NCBI RefSeq assembly: GCF_036321535.1 | Contig: NC_087437.1 | Coordinates: forward strand, 50,470,001-50,534,000 | DNA length: 64,000 nt | From: Camelus dromedarius | Taxonomy: Eukaryota | Direction: 5' to 3' | Shown: piece after piece, positions 1 to 13,219 of the stretch | Layout: each line of letters starts with the position of its first letter | How positions within the stretch are numbered: the first letter of the stretch is position 1 | Translations under genes and position numbers: made by a program | The notes under the pieces: generated by a model | The model's input: the letters and a program-made list of their open reading frames with translations, nothing else | What the model was told of the DNA's origin: nothing | Database searches by the model: none

Positions 1-1987
1 TAAAAGTTGGATTCATCCCAGGGACACAAGGATGGTTCAACATACACTAATTAATGTGACACCACATCAACAAAAGGGGGGGGAATCACATGATCATCTT
101 AATAGATGCAGAAAAAGCTTTTGATAAAATTCAACACCGTTTATGAAAAAAACTCTTACCAAAATGGGTATAGAGGGAACATATCTCAACTAATAAAAGC
201 TACTTATGACAAACCAACAACCAACATAATATTCAATGGTGAAAAGTTGAAAGCCTTCCCGCTAAAATCTGGACCAAGACAATGATGCCCATTCTCACTT
301 CTATTCAACATAGTATTGGAAGTCCTAGCCATAGCAATCAAACAAGAAAAAGAAAGAAGACATCCAAATTGGAAAAGAACAGATACAATTGTCACTATAT
401 GTAGATGAGATGATAATACATAGAGAAAACCCTAAAGACTCCACACAAAAACTACTAGAATAAATGAATTCAGCAAATTTGCAGGATACAATGTTAACAT
501 ACGGAAGTCTGTTGCATTTTGTTACACTAACAATAAAATATCAGAAAAGTTTTTAAAAATCCCTTTTAAAATCACATAAACAATAATATACCTAAGCCTG
601 ACCAAGGAGGCAAAAGACTTATACACAGAGAACTATAAAACGTTGATTAAAGAAATTAAAGGTGATTTAAAGAAGTAGAAAGATATCTCATGCTCTTGGA
701 TTGGAAGGATGAATATTATTAAAATGGCAAAACTACCCAAAGCAATCTACAGATTTAATGTAATTCCTGTCAAATTACCTGGGACATTTTTCACAGAACT
801 AGAATAAATAATCCTAAAATCTACATGGAACCACAAAAGACCCAGAAATGCCAAAATAATACTCAAGAAAAAGAAAAACAGTAGAGGAATAACCCTCCCA
901 GACTTCAAACAATACTACAGAGCTACAGTAATCAAAATAGCATGATACTGGCACAAAAACAGACACTATGGATCAATGGAACAGAATAGAGAGCCCAGAA
1001 ATAAATCCACACACCTATGGTCAATTAATCTTCAGCAAAGAATCAAGAATGTACAATGGAGAAAAGACAGCCTCTCCAGCAAGTGGTATTGGGAAAGTTG
1101 GACACCTGCATGAAAATCTGTGGAGTTAGAACACTCCCTCACACCATACACAAAAATAAACTCAAAATGGCTTAAAGGCTTAAACATAAGACAAGACGCT
1201 ATAAACCTCTTAGAAGAAAACAGGCAAAACATTCTCTAACATAAATCTTAACAATGTTCTCATAGGGCAGTCTACCAAGCCAACAGAAATAAAAGGAAAA
1301 GTTAACAAATGGGACCTAATTAAACATAAGCTTTTGCACAGCAAAGAAAACTGAATGAAAAGCCAGGAAAATGTCCTGGCTTTTCATTCAAAAGCCATTT
1401 TCCTGGCTTTTCATTCAAAGAGAACAAAGTGAAAAACCAACCTACTGAATGGGAGAAAGTATTTGCAAACAATGCAAATGACAAGGGCTTAATTTCCAGA
1501 ATATACAAACTCAGTAACAAAAAAATAATCAACCCAATCAAAAAATGGGCAGAAGACCTAAATAAGCAATTTTTCCATTGAAGACATACAAACGGCCAAT
1601 AGGCACATGAAAAAATGCTCAATATGGCTAACTACTTGAGAAATGAAAATCAAAACTACAATGAAGTTTTACCTCACTAGTCAGAATGGCCATTATTAAA
1701 ATGTCCACAATAAATGCTGGAGATGCTGTGGAGAAAAGAGAACCCTCCTACACTGTTGGTGAGAATCTAGTTTTAGTGCAGTCATTATGGAAAACAGTAT
1801 GGAGATTTCTTTAAAAACTAAAAATAGACTTACCATATGATCCAGCAATCCCAGTCTTGGGCATATATCCAGAGGGAACTCTTAATTCCAAAGGTAACAT
1901 GCACCCCAGTATTTATGGCAGCACTGTTTACAATAGCCAACCTAAATTCCCGTCAACAGATGAATGGATAAATAAGATGTGGAATGT

Positions 1988-2053
<66 letters not shown>

Positions 2054-2520
2054 CGGAATACTGCTCAGCCATAAAAAAATAAAATTAAATAATGCCATTT
2101 GCAGCAACATGAATGGACCTGGAGACTGTCGAACTAAGTGAAGTCAGAAAAATACGATACATCACTTATACGTGGAATCTTAAAAAATGAAACAAATGAA
2201 CTTATTTACAAAACCAAGTAAGACTCACAGATAATAGAAAATAAACGTGTGGTTATGAGCAGGGGAGGGGAGGGGGTGGAAGGATAAATTGGAAGTTCAG
2301 GATTTGCAGATACTAACTACTATATACAAACTAAACAAACAAGTTCCTACTGTATAGCACAGGGAACTACATTAAATACCTTGTAATACTCTGTAATGAA
2401 AAAATATGAAAAGGAATAAATATATATGTGTGTGTGTGTATATATGTATGAAAAACTGAATCACTATTCTGTACACCAGAAATTAACACATTTTAAGTCA
2501 AATATACTACAATAAAAAAT
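1..2520 (+). mobile_element. L1 LINE, 3' part (degenerate ORF2 RT to 3' UTR), cetartiodactyl-type, cut by the window edge
   Basis: RT-region motifs (GATGCAGAAAAAGCTTTTGATAAAATTCAACA), L1 3' UTR ending CAATAAAAAA; frameshifts and stops. Confidence 0.93.
1991..2048. repeat. (CA)29 microsatellite within the L1 3' region
   Basis: Directly visible. Confidence 0.97.
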
Positions 2521-2524
2521 TTTT

Positions 2525-5500
2525 TTAAAAAATACAGCTACTAAAACTTGGTAAAAAAATCACAGCATGAAAGATAATTTGTGAAATCAAAAATATAAAT
2601 GAAGAGTAAAAGGATGGAACATACATAGGCAAATGTAAGTAAGTTGGTATTAACAGAGAAAGGACTATTGTATCTATGTGATGTTTTATGTAAATTTCAT
2701 GATAACCACAAAGCAAAAACTTAGAGTAGATGCAAAAACAAAAAAAAGGGAGAGAGTGAACAAGTCACCATGGAAAACCATCAACTTGGAAACAGGAAAA
2801 AGAAGAAATGAAGAGAGAAAATAACCTGAAGGCAAAATAAAATGGCAGTAGTAAATCCTTACATATCAATAATCTCTTGACATGTAAATGGATTGAATTT
2901 ACCAATCAAGAGGCACAGAGTAGTTAGATGGATTAAAAAAAAAACCCAGGCCACTATATGCTGCTTACAGGAGACTTATTTCAGCTCTAAAGACAAACAT
3001 GCTCAAAGTGAAAGATGAAAAGTGATATTCCAAGCAAATGGAAACCAAAAGAAGGTCAGTGTAGCCATACTTATATCAAACAAAATAGACTTCCAGCCAA
3101 AAGTGGTAACAAAAGTCAAAGAAGAGAATTTTATGGTGATAAAAGGGTCAATACATAAAGAAGATAAAGCAATACTAAAAATATGTGCTCTCAACATCCA
3201 AGTAGCAGAAGATATTAAGCAAATATTAACAGACCTTATGGGAGAAATTGACTACAATGCAGTAATTGTAGGGGACTTTGATATCCCACTATCAGGAACA
3301 AATCATTCAGACAGAAAGTCATTAAGAAAACATTGGGATTGAACAACACATTAGAACAAATGGACTTAACACTCATATACATAACACTGTGCAAACAGCA
3401 GCAGAATACACATTCTTAAGTGCACATAGAGCATTCTCCAGGATTAGGGAAAAAAAAAAAACAGCAAATTTGAGCAAACTTAAATCATACCAGCTATCTT
3501 TTCCAACCAAACTGGTATGAATCTAGAAATCAACAAGAAAGTAAGAAGATCTAGAAATATTTGGGAACTAAACAGCACACTTCTAAATAACCAATGTGTC
3601 AAAGAAGGAAACAAAAGGGAAATTAAAAATTATCTCAAAACAAGTGAAAATGGAAATACAACACATCAAATATTGTGGGATGCAGCAAAAACAGAGGAAT
3701 GTTTAAAACCATAAATAAATATTTTTTAAAAATTAGAATGATCTGAAAGAAATACCTACCTTAAAGATACCAGAAAAAGAACAAATGAAATGCAAAGTTA
3801 GCAGAATGAAATAATAGAGATCAGAATGGAAGTAATAGAAACCAAGAAAACAATAGAAAGAATAAACAAAACTAAGAGATGGTTCTTTGAAACAGTAAAC
3901 AAAATTGACAAACCATTAGGTAGACGAGAAGACTTAAAATTAGAAAGGAAAGAGGAGACATTGCAACTGATACTACAGAAACACATAAGATCAAAAGATA
4001 GTACTATGAACAATTATATGCCAACAAATTACATAACCTAGACAAATGGATACATTTCTAGAAACACACAACCTACCAAGAGTGAAATGGGAAGAAACAG
4101 AAAATCTGAATAGATCAAAAATAATTAAAGAGATTGAATCAGCAGTCAAAAAAACTCCCAACACAGGAAGCTCCAGGACAAGATAGCTTCACTGGAGATT
4201 TCTAGCAAAGATTAAAGAAGAATTAACACCAGTCTTCTTCAATCTTCCAAAAAAATCAATGAATAGGGAACACTTCCAAACTCATTCTATGAAGCCAGAA
4301 TTACCCTGATAGCAAAACCAGATAAGGAGAAAAGAAAAGAAAACCAAAGACCAATATTTCTGATAAATACAGCTGCAAAAATTCTCAACAAAATATTATC
4401 AAACTGAATTCAAGAACACATTGAAAGCATTATGCACTATGACCAAGTGAGATTTACCCTGGGATGCAAGCATGTTTCAATGTGTGAATCAATAAATGTA
4501 ATATATCACATCAATAAAATGAAAGGTAAAAATCACATAATCATTTCAATATGCAGAAAAAGTACTTGACAAAATTCAACATTCTTTCACAATTAAAAAA
4601 ACTCCCTTAACAGATCTGTTGTAGAAGGAACTTACCTCAATATAATTAAGGCTATATATGACAAACCCACAGCTAATATACTCAGTGCAGAAAAATTAAA
4701 AGTGTTTCCTCTAAGATCAGGAACAAGACAAAGATACCCAGTCTCACAACTTCTATTCAATGTACAAATGCAAGTCCTAGCTAGAGCAATTAAGCAAAAC
4801 AGAAGGAAAATGCATCCAAATCAGAAAAGAATACTGTCACTATTTGCTCATGATATAAACTTATATATAGAAAATCCCAAAGAGTCAGCCAAAAACTTGT
4901 TGGAATTAACAATTTCAGTAAAGTGACAGGATACAAAATCAACATATAGAAATTGATTGCATTCTTTTACACTAATGATGAAATATCTGAAAAATAAAAG
5001 TATCCCATTCACAATAAAATACTTAGAAATAAAGTTAACCAAGGAAGTGAAAGACCTATACAATGAAAACTACAAGATTTTGCTGAAAGAAATTGAAGAC
5101 ACAACCAGATGAAAGACATATCATGTAAATGGATTGGAAGGATTAATATTGTAAAATACTACCCAAATACATCTACAGATTCAAAGCAATCCCCATCAAA
5201 ATACCAAAGACATTCTTTACAGAAATAGAAGAAATAATCCTAAAATTTGCATAAGACTACAAAAGACCCTAAATAACCAAAGAAATCCTGAGAAAAAAGA
5301 ACAAAGCCAAAGGTATCATGCTTTCAGAATTCAAACCATACTGCCAAGTCATAGTAATAAAAGCAGTATGGTACTGGCACTAAAATAGACATATCAACCA
5401 GTGGAACCAATGGAAAAAAGAGCTCAGAATTAAATCCCAACATATATTGCCAACTAATATTCTATAAGGGAGCCAAGAGCACCCAATGCGGAAAAGATAG

Positions 5501-6890
5501 TCTTCAACAAATGGTGCTGAGAAAACTGTAGGAACACATACAGAACAATGAAGTGGTTCCTCTATCTCACACTACTCACAAAAAATAACTCAAAATGGGT
5601 CAAAGACTTAAAATTAAGAACTGATACCATAAAAATCCTTGAAGAAAATGTAGGGAAGATGGTCATCAATATTGGTCTTGGTGACAATTTTTTGGACATG
5701 ATATCAAAAGCACAAACAATAAAAGCAAAAATGACTATGTCTAACTCAAAAGCTTCTGCACAGCAAAAAGAACAAAATAACAAAATGAAAAGACAGCCTA
5801 CAGAATGGGAAATTTTTGCAAACCATGTATCAGACAAGAGGTTAATATCCAAAATATATAAAGAGCTCATGCAACTTAAAAACAAATAAATCTAATTTTA
5901 AAATGGGCAGAAGAATTAAGTAGACATCTTTTCAAACAGGACATCAAAATAGCCAACAACCATATGAAAAGTTGCTTAACATCACTAATCATCAGGGAAA
6001 CGCAAATCAAAACCACAATGAGATATATCCTCACACCTGTTAGAATAGCTATCATCAAAAAGACAAGAGAAAATAGGCACTGTGAGTATAGTTAAAAGGA
6101 AACCCTCATACACTGTTGGTGGGAATGTAAATTAGTCCAATGACTATAGCAAACAATATGGAGGTTCCTCAAAAAATTAAAAATAGATCTACCATGTGAT
6201 CCAGCAATTCCACTTCTGGGTATATACCCAATGGAAATGAAAACAGGATTTTGACAAGATATATGCACTTCCATGGCTATTGCAGCATCACTCCCAATAG
6301 CCAAGATACGGAAATAACCTAAATGCCCATCAATGGATGAATGGATTTAAAAAACATACACAATATTATTTAGCCATGAGAAACAGGATACCCTGCCATT
6401 TGCAATAACATAGATGGACCTTGAGCACAATATGCTAAGCAAGACAAATCAGACAGACAAAGACAGGTACTGTACAATATCACTTATATGTAGACCATAA
6501 GAAAGTTAAACCTATTTTTAAAAGGAGAGAGAGTAAAATGGTAGTTACCAGGGCCTGGGGAGTGGGGGATAAAACTGATGGTGTTACTAGCACCCCAAAA
6601 CCTGAAATACTTAGGTGTAAATGTAACAAAATATGCACACACTCTATATGAGGCTATAATGAATGAAATCAAAGAACTAAATAAGTATACAGGCTTGTAA
6701 TGAGTAGTAATAAGCCACAGAGATCTAATGCAAAGTATAACGGATATAAATAGTAATATTGTACTATAATTTGTAATGTGATAAATCACTACAATTACAT
6801 TACAATATATAAATATATCATAGTAACATACTGTACACCTTAAATTTACACAATGTTACAAGTCAAATCTGTTCAACTAAACAAGTTTAT
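2525..6890 (+). mobile_element. Older L1 (L1M/L1MA9-like), inter-ORF region, near-complete degenerate ORF2 and 3' UTR
   Basis: ORF2 start ATGGCAGTAGTAAATCCTTACATATCA at 2842; endonuclease peptide IFQANGNQKKVSVAILISNKIDFQPK (ORF 3022..3342); RT and C-terminal fragments. Confidence 0.9.
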
Positions 6891-6899
6891 AAAAGTGTG

Positions 6900-7720
6900 A
6901 AAAATGTATACATTAACAAATCAAATCCAATATTTATTCCTGCTATGCAAGGCTGATTGAATATTTGAAAATCCATTAATGAAGTTAAAATCAAGCCATT
7001 ATGCTGTACACCTTAAACTTATACAGTACTGTATGTAAATTATATCAATTAATATAAACAACAGGCTAAAGAAGAAAAATTACATGATCTTATCAACAGA
7101 TGCAGAAAAGGCATTTGACAAAATACAACATCTGGTAAAATAGAAGGGAACTTCCTCAACTTGATAAACAATATCTACAAAAACCTACAGCTAACATACC
7201 TAAACAGTGAGAAATCAAAGCTTTCCAATTAAGATCAGGTATAAGACAAAGATACTCCCTCTCACCACTCCTTTCAACATTGCCCTGGAAATTCTAGCTA
7301 ATGCAGTAAGACAATCAAAGAAAAAAATAAAACTGTCTTTGTTCATAGATGACATGATAATCTCTGAAGAAATCCAAAAGAATTGACAGATACCTCCTGG
7401 AACTAATAATTGATTATATCAGATTTGCAGAATGGTTAATATACAAAGGTCCACTTTCCTATTTACCAGCAATGAGCAAGTGGAATTTGAAATTAAAAAC
7501 ACAGAACCATTTACATTATCACCCCCAAACCTGAAATACTTAGGTGTAAATCTAACAAAATATGTACACAACCTATATGAGGATATAATGAATGAAATCA
7601 AAGAACTAAATAAATGGAGATACTCCATATTCATGGATAAGAATACTCAATATTGTAGATGTCAGTTCTTCCTTAAACTGATCTACACATTCAGTGTAAT
7701 CCCAATCGAAATCCCAGGTG
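6900..7720 (+). mobile_element. Old L1 ORF2 fragment carrying a tiny L1 3'-end insert (about 6985-7050)
   Basis: KYLGVNLTKYVHNLY peptide (ORF 7432..7728); GATGCAGAAAAGGCATTTGACAAAATACAACA. Confidence 0.8.
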
Positions 7721-7744
7721 CAGTATAGGATGTGTAGGACCAGT

Positions 7745-7825
7745 TACAGAATGTTTCTACAATTGCTGAATGCAATGTTCTATAAACATCAATTATGCTA
7801 CTGATAGTGATTTTCAAATCTATAT

Positions 7826-7859
<34 letters not shown>

Positions 7860-8340
7860 TTTTTAGTCACTTCTATCAATTACTGAATGAGTAGTAAAAT
7901 CTCCAGCCATAGTTGTGGATTTGCCCATTTCTCTGTCAATTTTTGCTTCATACATTTTAAAGCTGTTACTAGGTGCATACACATTTAGGATTGTATTTCA
8001 ATGAATTGATCCTTTTATCAATATAACGTCCTTTTTTACTTTATCTTATGCTAAAATAGCCACACTACTTTAAATATGCATATGTAAATTGGTACATCTT
8101 TTTCTGTCCTTTTACTTTCAGCCCATCTGTGTCTTTATATTTAAAGTATGAGCCTTGTATAAAAGCATTTATTATGTCTTGCTTTTTACCTACTCCAAAA
8201 ACCTCTTTTAACTGAAGTGTTTAGTCCATGATATATCAATGTAATATATCAATATAATTATTAATATATTTGTATTTAAACTTTCCATCTTGCTATTTTC
8301 TGTTTATTCCATTTCTTCTTTGTGCCTTTCTTATTCCTTC
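7745..8340 (-). mobile_element. Ancient L1 (L1ME-like) fragment, antisense, with (TG)15 at 7829-7858
   Basis: T-rich reverse-complement of L1 endonuclease-region sequence (GAATTGATCCTTTTATCAATATAA). Confidence 0.65.
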
Positions 8341-8599
8341 ACTTGACTGAGAACACACACACACATTAGTTAAAAAAATGTGTGCAGTTTGGATTATCAC
8401 ACTGGGGAGGCAGGAATCTTCCAGTTTTTCATTTCCTGGGATAAAATGTACAGCACTCAGATCTAATGCAAAATTGTCCCTTCCAAAAATGTTCATAGCA
8501 CCTTGATGACACAGTAAATATATCTGGCTATACTTTGGAGCATTATTTATTTTGGCTTGTTTATTTTGAGAGGAAAATAAGAAACATTCATGTCTAACC

Positions 8600-9400
8600 T
8601 TAACAGAATCCTTGATTTCCCCCTGGTTTCTAATCCGATTGTTTCCCATCACAGTAAATGACACCATCGTCCACACAACAGTTCCCATTAGACATTTTTC
8701 CTTCTTCGCCCCACAACATACAACCTATCATTAAGTTCTTTGACCTCACCTTTAAAATATATCCCTAATCTGCCCACCTCTCTTCTATCATTGTCATACT
8801 AGTTCAAACAAGCATCATCTCTAGTCTAGACAGTAACTCCTAAGCCTCTGGAAACCATTCTCTGAGATAGGACAGCCAGTATCATCTTTTAAAGGCAAAA
8901 CTCAAAAAAATTTGCTTCCTTGTTCTAAAATCTTCAAAGATGTCTCATTGCACTTAGAAATTCAGACTTCTTGTGCTAGTTCATCAAATTGTATGTGATA
9001 TGGGAGGGGAGGGTATAGCTCAGTGGTTAGAGTACGTGCTTAGCATTCACGAGGTCCTGGGTTCAATCCCTAATACCTCCATTAAAATAACTAAATAAAT
9101 AAACCTAATGACCTCTCCCCACACACAAAAAAAAATCCACAAACAAAATAAAATGAACTACTGTGTTAAAAGTTATCCATATTTAAAAATAAATAAAATA
9201 AAATAAAATCATATGTGATATGACTCTTGCCTGCCTCTCTTCTCATCTCATGGCACTCTGATGCTCACCCACTGTACTGCCACCTCACTGCCTTCCCTTA
9301 CATTCCTCAAACTTGCCAAGTTCAGGGAATTTGAACTGCTGTTGCCTCTGCATAGAATATTCTTCTCTGCTAGATCTGCATGCTGCTGGCTCCTTTTCTT
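8600..9400 (+). mobile_element. L2 LINE fragment interrupted by a SINE
   Basis: Pyrimidine-rich L2-like motifs on both sides of the 9002-9205 SINE. Confidence 0.6.
9002..9205 (+). mobile_element. tRNA-Ala-derived SINE (camelid Vic-1-like), long form with TSD
   Basis: GGGGAGGGTATAGCTCAGTGG (A box), GGTTCAATCCC (B box), AAACCTAAT(G)ACCTC tail, A-rich end; TSD 8986-9001/9206-9221 (14/16). Confidence 0.9.
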
Positions 9401-9759
9401 TTGGAGCTCCAGCCCTGCTGAATCAATTCTGGATCTCTAGAAGTAGGACTAGGTGGTTACATGTAAAAATAAGTAAACTAAAAAACTCAGATACACTAAA
9501 GTTTGTGAACCAGTGAGCTAAACTCTCTGTCATGTCTTAAGCAAGTTACATATTTGTAAGCAAGCCTGGGGGGGAAAAAGTATCTGAATATCTGGTTCAA
9601 TAATTTTTCTTGTTTCCCTGAGTAAACCTTCACATTCAGTGCAAGCAGTAGTTAGATAAGGTCATACTGCTGCAACAGACAAGAAACAGCAGTAAAGGGG
9701 CTTAAAGAGACAAGGTGTAACATTCTGTGGAGAGTTTCAGTAGGAATTATACAACATGA

Positions 9760-10950
9760 AAAAGTGAGAGTTATTCCTAGAATGCAAGGATGTGAACCAT
9801 ATGAAAATCACTCTAATACACCACGTTAACAGTATGAACAAAAACCACATGGTCATCCTGATGCAGAAAAATATTTGACAAGACTGAACAGCCTTTCCTG
9901 ACCTCCCCCTCCCCAAATTCAGTAAACTAGGAATACAAGAAAATTACCTCAGCACTTTTGCCACTTCTATTCAACATGGTATTTGAAGTCCTAGCCAGAG
10001 CAATTAGCAAAGAAATAAAAATCACCTAAATTAGGAAGAAGTAAAATTACATTTGCAGATACCATCTTTCATGTTGAAAATCCTAAAGATTCCATACACA
10101 CACAAAAACTGTTTTTATATAAAGTAAATATTATAAAAACCTAAAGGGAGAAATAGAGGCAATGCAATAATAATAGGGGACTTCAATATCTCACTTTCAT
10201 CAATGGATAGATCATCCAGACAGAAAAATCAGTAAGGAAACATTGGACTTGATGTCAGACCACATGCTTAATATCTAGAATCAAAAGAACTACCACTCAA
10301 CAACAAAATCAAATAACCCAATTCAAAAATGAACAGAGGACTTGAATAGATATTTTCCTAAAGACAATACAGAAATGGTCAACAAGCATGTGAAAAGGTG
10401 CTCAGAGAAACGCAATTGAAAACGACAATGAGATATTACCTCACATCCATTAGGATGGCGAATATAAAATAGGGGAAAGAAAGAAGCAAGGCAGGCAGGC
10501 AGGAAGGAAGGAAGTGTTGATGAAGATGTGGATTAGTTGGAACCTTTGTGTACTGCTGACAGGATTATAAACTTGTGCAAATGCTGTGGAAAACAGTGTA
10601 GAAGTTCCTCAAAAAAATTAAAATAGAACTGCCATAGGATGCAGGAATCCCACTTCTAGGTATATATCCAAAGAATTCAAAGAAGGATCTTAAAGAGATA
10701 TTTGCACACTTATGTTCATAGCAGCATTATTGACAATAGTCAAATGTCCACTGACAGAGAAAGGGATAAACAAGACAAAATGTGATACTTACAATGGAAT
10801 ATTATTTAGCCTTTAAAAGGAATGAATTCTTGTCACACACTGCAACATGAAGCTTGAACCAATGATAAAAGGCAAAATACTATGTGATTCCATCCAAAAT
10901 AATCAAAATCAGAGACACGCAAAGTAAAATGGTGGTTACCAGGGACTGCA
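9760..10950 (+). mobile_element. Fragmented old L1M pieces
   Basis: ORF2 remnants plus a typical 3' end (GGAATCCCACTTCTAGGTATATATCCAAAGAA). Confidence 0.75.
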
Positions 10951-11365
10951 GTGTGAATATGTTTTCAATTCTCTCATATTTGTAGGAGTTGAATTGCTGG
11001 CTCATATGCTGTTTAACATTTTGAGGAACAGTCAAACTGTGTCCCAGACCTGCTGCACCACATTACAGTCCCACCAATGTACAAGGGTTCCAATTTGTCT
11101 ATGTGCTCTTCAACACTTTTTTATTAAAAGTAATCCTTGAGGGTGTAAAACACCTTGAGGGTGTAAAACAGTATCTCACTGTGATTTTGATTTGCATTTC
11201 CCTTATGACTAATGACACTGAGCATTTTTTCATGTGTTCATTAGCGATTTGTGTATCTGTTTCAGACAAATGCCTATTCTAGTCCTTTGCTCATTTGTAA
11301 ATTGGGCTGTCTTACTATTAAGTTGTAAGAGTTCTTTATATATTCTAAATACAAGTCCCATTATG
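10950..11365 (-). mobile_element. L1 ORF2-end fragment, antisense
   Basis: TTTTGATTTGCATTTCCCTTATGACTAATGAC is the reverse complement of the L1 ORF2 C-terminal region. Confidence 0.8.
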
Positions 11366-11614
11366 TTTTTAAGGGAATGTCTGTTGATATACTTATTATG
11401 GCTGTCTGTACCACACTTCATTAACTCAAAATATTTTCAAGTTAAAATACATTTTTTGATTAAGTACACCTTAAATATAAATTGCATAGAAATTAAACTT
11501 TTTTAACACAACCACTGCACCACTGCATTTTCAAACAAATGAATTCCAAGCTGTGGAGAGGCACATATAGGAATCCACAGGTTAAAAGGAATTTACAGTG
11601 GTATATGCAATATA

Positions 11615-11935
11615 TGGATCTTACTTAAAATCTGACAACTGGAAAAATACATTATTAGACTTTTAAAAATGCTGACTAGATAATTATTTAGAAATTGTTA
11701 ACATTTATGTGTGGTAATAATATTAAGAGTCCTTATCTTTTAAACATACCTTCTGAAATATTTATAAATGAAACTATTTTCTCCGTGGGACTTGCTTCAA
11801 AATAAATCAGAGTTGGGAAGATTAGTGGCATATAGATAAATCAAGACTGGCCATGAATTAACTGTGCTGAAGTAGGTTCACTCTATGATTCTACTTTTGT
11901 GTATCTCTTAAATTCTCCATTAAAAATAAAATAAG
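11615..11935 (+). mobile_element. Ancient L1 3' UTR (L1MC/L1ME-like)
   Basis: AAGAGTCCTTATCTTTT...GGGACTTGCTTCAAAATAA...A-rich end. Confidence 0.6.
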
Positions 11936-12419
11936 CACTACTCCAATGTCCACTATGTATAACAGCACAGGTAGCTAGCAGCAACTAAACAATACCAACC
12001 AAAGTTTTATAAATTTAAGAAATTAATTTCTCAAAGCAAAAGAGTTCTGGGAAAATTAATGAGACTGACATATCTGTTCAATTACTTATGCAACATTTTA
12101 AGTATTACCACCAGTCACAGACTAACTGGATAGATTTAATAATCATGGTGCCCACAATAGCAACACCCATCAGCATCATTCTTCATCTACACAGTTAATC
12201 TCCTCACCAGAGTTTACTAAGGGACTGGAATGCCCATTGGAAAGGTTTAACTACCCTCACTGGCTACAGAAAATACTACCTTCCAGTAGGAATATGTATA
12301 TAGCAAGTAATTTTACAGCAATCCCTCAGGCCACCATATACTCATCTAAATTGCACATCCAACAGACACATGAATTATGATAGCTAGATATATATAACCT
12401 GCACACTTAAAATACATAT

Positions 12420-13215
12420 CTACTACAATGACAATAATAATAAACACATTCACAAGGATACAGAGAAACTGCAATCCTTGTGCGCTGTGGTGGGAATATT
12501 TTTAAATGGCACAGCAACTTTGGAAAAGTTTGGCAGTTCAGAAAGTTAAATTTTCCAGGGGACAAGGATGTAGCTTAGTGGTAGAGTGTGTGTGTGCTTA
12601 ACAAGCACAAGGTCCTGGGTTCAATCCCCAGTACCTCCATTAAAATAAGTAAATAAACTTAATTACCTCCCTCCCCCCTTTTTTTCCAAAAAAGCCAATT
12701 ACACTCCTAGGAATCTACCTAAAAGAAATGAAAACATATGTCCACACAATGATATAATGGGAATGTTCACAACATTGTTATTCATAACCACCAAAATATG
12801 CAAGCAATTCAAATGTCCATTGACTGGTGAATGGATAAACAAAATGTAGTATATCCATACAATGGAATACTATATTGCAACTAACAGCAGTAAGTGCAAG
12901 GATATGCTATACCCTGGATAAACCTCAAAAACATTATTATGCTAAACGTAAGAAGCCAGATACAAAAGACTACAAATTGTATGATTCTATGCACGTGTAA
13001 TTTCTAGGCAGGGAAAATTTATAGAAACAGATCAGTGTTTTTTGCCTAGGACTTGGGGTAAAAGAGGGAACTAACTACAAACGGGGCATGAGGGGAACTT
13101 CTACGGGCTGACATACATTTTCTAAAACTGGATTATAAACTTACTAAAACCACTGAATTATACACTCACAATGGGTGGATTTTCTGCTGTGTAAATTATA
13201 CGTCAGTAAAGCTGT
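12420..13215 (+). mobile_element. Old L1 3' end (L1MB/L1ME-like) containing a SINE
   Basis: CAAATGTCCATTGACTGGTGAATGGATAAACAAAATGT...GTAAAGCTGTT terminus. Confidence 0.75.
12558..12693 (+). mobile_element. tRNA-Ala-derived SINE (Vic-1-like)
   Basis: TAGCTTAGTGGTAGAG...GGTCCTGGGTTCAATCCCCAGTACCTCCATTAAAATAA...AATTACCTCCC. Confidence 0.88.
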
Positions 13216-13219
13216 TGTT

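Noticed and set aside
204..7728. ORF-track peptides with L1 ORF2 similarity and their antisense frames
   Set aside because: Fragments of frameshifted, dead L1 copies; no intact ORF1 or ORF2.
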